From Candidatus Tayloriibacteriota bacterium (GTDB lineage Bacteria; Patescibacteriota; Minisyncoccia; Phycocordibacterales; UBA6065): a DNA stretch of 64,000 nucleotides. The position numbers were made by a program, and so were the translations under genes. The notes beneath the pieces are model-generated. The model was not told where the DNA came from and did no database searches. It worked only from the letters and a program-made list of their open reading frames with translations. Location: assembly GCA_016215405.1 (NCBI GenBank), contig JACRJQ010000005.1:11560-75559 (forward strand), read 5' to 3'. Positions 58,109 through 64,000 of the stretch are shown one piece after another; position 1 is the first letter of the stretch, and each line of letters opens with the position of its first letter.

Positions 58109-59583
58109 GGCCGACCTCCTTGTTGCTGACGGTTTTGGTTCCGGTTCCGGTTTTGGTTATGGCGGTTTTTGTTCTTGCCGCCACCGCCGCCACCGCCTGA
58201 TCCGGGGAGCTTGATTCCTGCCTTTTGGGCCGCCGCGACGAGAAGTCCGATGACCTCGTCCGCTTTGCCCTTGCTATCGATCGTGACGATAAGCTCGTCG
58301 CGGCTGATGTCGCCTTCCTGCGCCTGCACGGCTCGGAGCGCCTCTTTGGCGTCGAGACCGTGTTGACCGAGAAGGGTGATCAGATTTTTCGCCCGCTGAG
58401 CTTGCCGCCGCATATCCATATCCTGCGCTTTCGACTTGCCGATCTCGATCTTCAGGGCCTCGCGGGCCTCGATGATCGCTTTGTTCGTCGGCATCACCTC
58501 TTCGGTGATGACGGCGAGCACGTCGGCGCCGGATTCGGGACCATAGGTATTGTCGATAGCTTCGGAGATGTCGTGAGGTATTTCGCTCCCGGCGTCTTCC
58601 GCGTTACCGGCGATTACTATGATGTCCTTGTTCGGAATCGTCTTTTCGCGCATGTCGACCGCGATGTAATCCATGAACGGCAGGCACCAGTGATAGCCCT
58701 CGTCGGCGACGGCGTTCGAGACGCCGAGGCTTTCGATGCGTCGACCGAGGATCGTGAGGACACCCGCGTGTCCCGTATCGATCTTTTGCCAGCCGATCAT
58801 CGCGATCGCCGTCATCGTTGCCATAAGTGTGATCGTGGGAAAGACTCCCCAATCGGTCACCGCTGGCACCGCGAGGACGAACACGAGGACGAACGCGAGG
58901 CACGCGATAAACGACATCCAGGGCTGGATGGCTGGCTTCACAGCCGCCATCTGGCCTCCGGCGTCATTTTTCGCGAACGCTTCGTGGATGCACTTCCCGA
59001 TTTTCGTCTTTTGGGCGATGAGGGGATCCATCTCAACCCGTGAAGCGATCGCTCGCGTCAGGGAGGTTGAGTAGGCCACGATGGTCCGTTCGATCTGCTC
59101 GATCCCGCCAAAGCTCAGTGCTTTGAAAGGGTCTTTGATCCGATAGCGGATAGTCTGGTCGATCCGGACCTCGGCAGAGCCGGGGTCCTGGTCTTCCAGA
59201 TCCATCTCGCTCTCGTCCGTTTCTGGAGGTTGAGGCGGAGGCGTGGTCGATCCAAGCCCCATGTTTTCGAGCTCCTGGTTCGTTACCAGGGTCTTCGCTT
59301 GCGGAGGCGTCGAGGCAGGGGCTTGCGCTCCCGCCGCAGGCGCCGTCGAGGTCGCTGCAGGCTGTCCTGCGGCGGCCACTGTCGGTTGAGTTCCGGCCGA
59401 GGGTTCGGTCGGGGCTTGAGGGTTAGAGGGCATGTTCGGGATGTTGAGGTTCTGGGTCAGTGGTTTTTCAGTTCGAGGAGAGGCGGCCGGATGGGCTGCC
59501 TCGGTCCCGCTTTTCTCCGTGGTGATACCCACAGAGGAGAGCGGAGGAAAGCCACGTCGCCGCGGCTCGTTCGGTTGTGTCAT
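58105..59583 (-). CDS. SPFH/band-7-like membrane protein with permuted segments and disordered termini
   Basis: IDQTIRYRIKDP; GHAGVL..LGR..EGYHW.LPF..VDMRE; YG..VLAVI.EEV.P. Confidence 0.7.
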   Translation of the reverse strand: MTQPNEPRRRGFPPLSSVGITTEKSGTEAAHPAASPRTEKPLTQNLNIPNMPSNPQAPTEPSAGTQPTVAAAGQPAATSTAPAAGAQAPASTPPQAKTLVTNQELENMGLGSTTPPPQPPETDESEMDLEDQDPGSAEVRIDQTIRYRIKDPFKALSFGGIEQIERTIVAYSTSLTRAIASRVEMDPLIAQKTKIGKCIHEAFAKNDAGGQMAAVKPAIQPWMSFIACLAFVLVFVLAVPAVTDWGVFPTITLMATMTAIAMIGWQKIDTGHAGVLTILGRRIESLGVSNAVADEGYHWCLPFMDYIAVDMREKTIPNKDIIVIAGNAEDAGSEIPHDISEAIDNTYGPESGADVLAVITEEVMPTNKAIIEAREALKIEIGKSKAQDMDMRRQAQRAKNLITLLGQHGLDAKEALRAVQAQEGDISRDELIVTIDSKGKADEVIGLLVAAAQKAGIKLPGSGGGGGGGKNKNRHNQNRNRNQNRQQQGGRP

Positions 59584-59722
59584 AGAGGTAAGGGCGCGAA
59601 GGCCCGTTTAAGGTTGTGACTACGGTTGAATTTCCTCGAACTTAGGCCAGGGGCCCAGTCCTTTAGAAAGTGAGTTTTCAAGGAGCAGGGGAGAGCCGAG
59701 GCTCTACCATGTTCCGCTGTTA

Positions 59723-59751
59723 ATTATACACCCTAATATACAAAAAGTCAA
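59723..59751 (-). promoter_or_regulatory. Sigma70-type promoter
   Basis: TTGACT-N17-TATAAT. Confidence 0.75.
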
Positions 59752-59812
59752 GTGTGTGTTCTTGTGCAGGCAGGGCTTCGTTGAGCCGTATTCGCGAAAA
59801 AGCCGCCCCTTC

Positions 59813-60163
59813 CTAGCGGAGGGAGGCGGCAGAGGCTTTCGAAAGGAGATCCTTGAGCGTTTCAAGGGAGAGGGGCTTTTGCAGGAATACGTGCGCCTCG
59901 TGGGGTCGAGTGATAGGCCTCGGCGATATGAGACAGCAATACGTCCGGGGGAAGTCGCGCCTTATCGACGAGACGAGAGTGAGGCCGTCTATATCGGGGA
60001 GGTGAGTCTCGGCTATAAGGAGAGGGAACCTGTATTCCGAGAGCAGGACCATCCCCTCAGAAGCGGTCCGTGCGAGCGCGAGGGAGCAGCTGAGCTGCGA
60101 AGCGAGCGCTTTTATGGCGCGTGAGGACGGCTCGTCGCCGTCGATTAAAAGAGCGGTTTTCAT
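59813..60163 (-). CDS. Single-domain receiver protein, atypical (phospho-Asp replaced by Glu)
   Basis: LLIDGD, LLIAETHLPDIDG, FLQKP. Confidence 0.72.
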   Translation of the reverse strand: MKTALLIDGDEPSSRAIKALASQLSCSLALARTASEGMVLLSEYRFPLLIAETHLPDIDGLTLVSSIRRDFPRTYCCLISPRPITRPHEAHVFLQKPLSLETLKDLLSKASAASLR

Positions 60164-60247
60164 CGAAAATATCTTATCATGACGAGATAAAGAAAATATA
60201 AAAAGCCGCGGACCTTGAGGGTCCGCGGCGCGGCTATAGCCTGTAGA

Positions 60248-60622
60248 TCAAGCTGCCAGGCGGCGCTCGGCTTCCCGGAGGAGCTTTACGAGCCGCGACG
60301 GTTCGCTCGCCTTCGGCAGGAATTCATCGGCTCCGTGGCCCGGGAAGTGCTTTTCGAGCATATCCCCATGGACCGTGGTGGAGAAGATGATGAAGGCCTT
60401 GGGGTTCGCCGCGCGGATAGCGGGGAAGAGCGAGGGCCCTTTTCCGTCCGGCAGGTTCCCGTCGGAGATCACGAGGTCGGGCGCGTAGCCTTCGGCTAAG
60501 GCGAGCTCGGCGCTTTTGACGGTGTGGGCGACTCTGATCTCGGGCGATTGGAGCGTCCCTTGGCAGAACTGGACGAGCATGTCGGCGAGCTCTACGAGGT
60601 CTTCGACGATCAGTATTTTCAT
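60248..60622 (-). CDS. Single-domain response regulator (CheY-like)
   Basis: ILIVED, PDLVISDGNLPDG, FLPK. Confidence 0.85.
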   Translation of the reverse strand: MKILIVEDLVELADMLVQFCQGTLQSPEIRVAHTVKSAELALAEGYAPDLVISDGNLPDGKGPSLFPAIRAANPKAFIIFSTTVHGDMLEKHFPGHGADEFLPKASEPSRLVKLLREAERRLAA

Positions 60623-60729
60623 GAGTGGTGGCGTGGTGGGTTGATGTGCGAGAGTCGGGAAGAACCGGCTCCGTTTTGGAAAATATCATTTTTGAGCGAG
60701 TTCGTCAATATGTGGCGGGACGGAGCTCC

Positions 60730-60926
60730 CGCCCAAAACGAAAACAGCTCGTCGCTGTTTTGTTTGTGGGCGAGGGGGGGACTTGAATCTTACAGATTCG
60801 GTACAGGTTTTCTGTTTCCTCGGTTGGAAACCCTCGTAAACATAGAAAACCTTTTCGCGTCCCCCATGCAGAGCCACAGGCTCTGCTCTCGCCCAAAACG
60901 AAAACAGCTCATCGCTGTTTTGTTTG
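60730..60926 (-). repeat. tRNA-linked antisense/direct-repeat element (Leu-TAG)
   Basis: ~57-bp direct repeat, 60730-60787 vs 60890-60946; antisense TGGGCGAG + GGGGGAC. Confidence 0.85.
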
Positions 60927-61007
60927 TGGGCGAGGGGGGACTTGAACCCCCATGCCTTGCGGCGCTAGCTCCTAAGGCTAGTGTGTCTGCCATTTCACCA
61001 CCCGCCC
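60927..61007 (-). tRNA. tRNA-Leu(TAG)
   Basis: GGGCGGG/CTCGCCC stem; CTAGC-CTTAGGA-GCTAG anticodon arm; variable arm. Confidence 0.95.
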
Positions 61008-61034
61008 GACGTAGAGAGCTTAGCATAAACTACG

Positions 61035-61303
61035 GCGGAGGGAATCTCGGCGTACAGCCGAAGCCTGATCGGCGCGAGCGCGCAGCTCGATTGAATCTCG
61101 ATCCCTACACATACGTCCAGCGGACATGCGCGTAGGGATATCTCTCTCGATTTAAATTTTCTCGTCAGAAAATTTAGTCTGGGTACCGCCTCGCTCCCGC
61201 CGGAGACCGGCAGGCCCCGTTTCGGCGTTCGATCCCTACACGCAAGCCTAACAGGCTTGCTAGGGCGGGCACGAAAAAACGGCCGGAGCCGTTTTTTCTC
61301 GTG
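61035..61303 (-). repeat. tRNA-linked element (Lys) plus a degenerate second unit
   Basis: Antisense GTAGGGATCGA twice (near 61227-61239 and 61098-61108); direct ATCCCTAC at 61132-61139. Confidence 0.8.
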
Positions 61304-61376
61304 TCCGCCCTGTAGGGATCGAACCTACGACCTTATCCTTAAGAGGGATCTGCTCTACCAACTGAGCTAAGGGCGG
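61304..61376 (-). tRNA. tRNA-Lys(CTT)
   Basis: CCGCCCT/AGGGCGG stem; CTT anticodon. Confidence 0.93.
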
Positions 61377-61538
61377 ATATATTCCGATGCTTGAGAAATT
61401 TACCAGAAAACGGCGAAATTGGCAATTTTTCAGGATGAGCCTTTGTATTCAAAGGCGAGAAGTGGGGTCGGGAGAACATCTGTTCTCCCGTGGAGGAAGG
61501 CAGGCGAAGCCGTCGGAAAACCAGGGGTTTCAGAGATG

Positions 61539-61620
61539 TGCCTGGGGTGGGCATCGAACCCACATCTCTTTCGAGACACGATTTTAAGTCGTGCGCGTAT
61601 ACCAATTCCGCCACCCAGGC
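61539..61620 (-). tRNA. tRNA-Leu(TAA)
   Basis: GCCTGGG/CCCAGGC stem; CACGA-CTTAAAA-TCGTG anticodon arm. Confidence 0.95.
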
Positions 61621-61633
61621 GAATCTTACCGAG

Positions 61634-61705
61634 AGGCCACGGGGAGAATCGAACTCCCGCATAGAGATTTTGCAGATCTCCGAATTACCACTTTTCTACG
61701 TGGCC
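61634..61705 (-). tRNA. tRNA-Cys(GCA)
   Basis: GGCCACG/CGTGGCC stem; GAGAT-CTGCAAA-ATCTC anticodon arm; U discriminator. Confidence 0.93.
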
Positions 61706-61786
61706 GTAGATCGACGAGATTCAGTATATCCGACTTTTAAAAATAATCGAGGAGCGCGGGAGGTCTGCTGCGACGGTCGCAAAAGG

Positions 61787-62110
61787 CTATCTCGACATGG
61801 CCGCGTCGATCTTCTGGCGGGCTTTCTCGCCGCGGTCTATCTCGAAGTCGAAGAAGGGGATCCTCATGAGCCGGGCGTTATATTTCACGTGGGCTCTGAA
61901 ATCGGAGCGCTTCCTCTTTATGAAGTCGAGGGCGGCCTCTTCCTGGTCTTCAGGCAGGACGGTGAAGTACACGGTCGCCAGGTTCCCTTTGTCGTTCGAG
62001 GAGACGCGCGTGACAGTTATCATCGATTTTCGGTTCGACTCCTTGGACAGATATTCCGCGGCGAGATGTTTCAGTATCTCCTCGAATCTTTCTTTTTTGT
62101 GCGTGGACAT
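61787..62110 (-). CDS. rbfA: Ribosome-binding factor A
   Basis: MITVTRV..., ATVYFTV, RIP.FDFEID; downstream of infB. Confidence 0.87.
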   Translation of the reverse strand: MSTHKKERFEEILKHLAAEYLSKESNRKSMITVTRVSSNDKGNLATVYFTVLPEDQEEAALDFIKRKRSDFRAHVKYNARLMRIPFFDFEIDRGEKARQKIDAAMSR

Positions 62111-62114
62111 GGTT

Positions 62115-63644
62115 TTATTTCTCGACTACCGTAAAGTCTTCGATGACGTCTCCTGGGGCGAGCTCTATCTTCGCCTCGATCATGGCGCCGAACTCGAATC
62201 CTTCGGCGACCGATCCTGTCTTCACCTTGGCCTGCTGGAGCTCGCGGATGAGGCCGTCTCCTATGACGGTCTCGCGCCTGTAGATCTTTACCTTGTGGCC
62301 GATCGCTATCTCGCGGTCGGTCACTTTCCCTCCGATTATCTGCTTGTCCTTGGTGCGGCTGAAGAATTTGAGTATCTTCGCCTTGCCCATGACCTCTTCG
62401 ACCTCTACTTTAGGCGTCCTTTCAGCGACTTTCGCTTCGAGCCATTCCGCGAGCTTGTAGATTATGTCGAACGTCGCGGTCTCGATCCCGAGCCTCTCTA
62501 TCATCGCCGCTGCCTGGCTGTCGATCTTTACGTTAAAGCCCAAGATGACGGCTTCCTTGTTTCCGCCCGCGACCTTCACGTCCGATTCCGTTATATCGCC
62601 GATCGAAGCGAGGATCACTTTTACGGCGACCCTCTCGCTCTTTATCTTCCGGAGCTCGTGCTCTATCGCTTCGACCGAGCCTGTGACGTCAGCCTTTATG
62701 ATGACGGGGATGACCTTCTTCGCCTCTGCCTCGGTCGGCGCCGAGCCTGCAGGAGCCCTTTCCCTGACCAAGGCCTCTTCGACGTATTCTTCGACTCCGC
62801 GCTTGGAATCGAACGTGACGAAGCGCGACCCTATCTGGGGCGCTTTGTTCCAGCCGACGACTCGGACGGGGGAAGAGAAGGACGCCTCGGCGATCTTCTT
62901 GCCGGCGTGATTCTCCAGTATGCGGGTAGGGGAGTAGGCAGATCCCGAGGCGATGAACATGCCGGGGCCGATGGAGCCGTCTTTTATGATGAGCGTGGCC
63001 GAGATGCCTTTCTTTGGATCCCTGTGCGCCTCGATGATCGCGCCCTCCCCGAGCCTCGACGGGTCGCCCTTGAGGTCTCCGATCTCGGCCGTGAGCAGTA
63101 TCATGTCGAGAAGCTCGTCTATGCCCGCGCCTGTCTTCGCCGAAACCGGGACGTAGGATACGCTGCCGCCGTACCCCTCGAGATAGATGCCCGCCTCGGC
63201 TAAAGACACCTTGCATCTCTCGACGTTCGCTGCGGGCTTGTCGATCTTGTTCAAGGCGACGACGAAGGGCACCTTCGCCTTCTCTATCTCGCGATAGGCG
63301 TCGAGTGTCTGAGGCTTTACCCCGTCTTCGGCGGATACGACGAGGACGGCGACGTCGGCGGTGGTCGCGCCGCGCTCGCGCATGCCGGCGAACGCTTCGT
63401 GTCCGGGCGTGTCGATGAAGGTCATCCTCTCGGTCTTTCCGTCTTTCGTCCTTTCGACCTCGTAGGCGGATATCCGCTGGGTGATGCCGCCCGCTTCGCC
63501 GTCGACGATGTTCGTCTTTCGTATGTAGTCGAGGAGCGTGGACTTTCCGTGATCGATGTGCCCAAGGACCGCTACGACAGGTGGGCGCTTCGTGAGAGCG
63601 CCTGAAGTACCGCGTATTGCCTGCTGTTTGTTTTTTCCTGCCAT
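62115..63644 (-). CDS. infB: Translation initiation factor IF-2 (no N-terminal extension)
   Basis: RPPVVAVLGHIDHGKSTLLD, DTPGHEAF, IKADV.GS.EA. Confidence 0.96.
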   Translation of the reverse strand: MAGKNKQQAIRGTSGALTKRPPVVAVLGHIDHGKSTLLDYIRKTNIVDGEAGGITQRISAYEVERTKDGKTERMTFIDTPGHEAFAGMRERGATTADVAVLVVSAEDGVKPQTLDAYREIEKAKVPFVVALNKIDKPAANVERCKVSLAEAGIYLEGYGGSVSYVPVSAKTGAGIDELLDMILLTAEIGDLKGDPSRLGEGAIIEAHRDPKKGISATLIIKDGSIGPGMFIASGSAYSPTRILENHAGKKIAEASFSSPVRVVGWNKAPQIGSRFVTFDSKRGVEEYVEEALVRERAPAGSAPTEAEAKKVIPVIIKADVTGSVEAIEHELRKIKSERVAVKVILASIGDITESDVKVAGGNKEAVILGFNVKIDSQAAAMIERLGIETATFDIIYKLAEWLEAKVAERTPKVEVEEVMGKAKILKFFSRTKDKQIIGGKVTDREIAIGHKVKIYRRETVIGDGLIRELQQAKVKTGSVAEGFEFGAMIEAKIELAPGDVIEDFTVVEK

Positions 63645-63682
63645 GATATGCGGTCGCTATGTGATGCCGTCATCGAGGTCTA

Positions 63683-64000
63683 TTACGATTTGTGCGAGAG
63701 CTTCGCCTTTGCGAGGGAGATCGCTTTTCGCTCCTCCTCGGTGAGCTCTATCTCGGAGCCGAACTTCGCGAGAGGCTTAGCGAAGACGGAGACGCGCTCG
63801 CGGGTGTAGAGGGATGAGAGCACCGCTCCGTCGCCATCCTCCGATACGATCGCGGTCGCGAAGCTCTGGTTTCCCCCTAATCCGTCGCCCTTGAAGGCGT
63901 TGAAGCGGACGGTCTCGATCGAAGCTGGGGAGCGGCGCAGCCTCTTCTCGACCCCGACGAGGTACTTCTCCATCTCGGACTTGAACTTCTCGATCTCCGT
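63683..64000 (-). CDS. DUF4446 family protein (5' end outside the window)
   Basis: VRFNAF..GGNQSF..A.....G.V.SS...RE....AKP....S..EL..EE. Confidence 0.75.
   Translation of the reverse strand, partial: TEIEKFKSEMEKYLVGVEKRLRRSPASIETVRFNAFKGDGLGGNQSFATAIVSEDGDGAVLSSLYTRERVSVFAKPLAKFGSEIELTEEERKAISLAKAKLSHKS

Noticed and set aside
60730-60946. Direct repeats interpreted as a CRISPR array
   Set aside because: Only two copies, derived from the tRNA 3' end, with ~100 bp of structured spacing and no cas genes.
61380-61538. Region downstream of tRNA-Leu(TAA) as another tRNA-linked element
   Set aside because: It has hairpins but no antisense or direct copy of that tRNA's 3' end.

Overview
GC-rich bacterial chromosome segment using the standard code, with TGA as a stop. 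It is most consistent with a Patescibacteria/CPR (Parcubacteria-like) genome; this is inferred from the streamlined ValRS and IF-2, the tandem VirB2/TrbC-like pilins and tRNAs mostly lacking CCA. It carries housekeeping genes (murJ, lepA, valS, tsaD, ftsZ/ftsA, ybeY, rpsU, lepB, pth, rpsA, gyrA, rbfA, infB), 10 tRNAs, a glycolysis trio, a thiol-redox cluster, a pilin cluster and several orphan insertions. It also has a B12 module: class II RNR, adenosyltransferase, a cobalamin riboswitch and transcobalamin-like uptake genes. The most striking unexplained feature is a family of ~160-180 bp non-coding elements directly 3' of six different tRNAs (Phe, Val, Ser, Glu, Leu-TAG, Lys). Each has a terminator-like hairpin, then an ANTISENSE copy of its own tRNA's 3' end that is always split by a small hairpin exactly at the T-stem/acceptor-stem junction. 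A conserved structured body follows, then a DIRECT copy of the tRNA 3' end. Other notable items are a leader-peptide attenuator, a split phosphomannomutase, a minimal pyruvate kinase, a class F sortase with a miniature substrate, a degenerate HisRS paralog, an internally permuted SPFH protein, unannotated small proteins, boxA-like leaders and widespread leaderless starts. All calls were made by eye from motifs; no database searches or folding programs were run.
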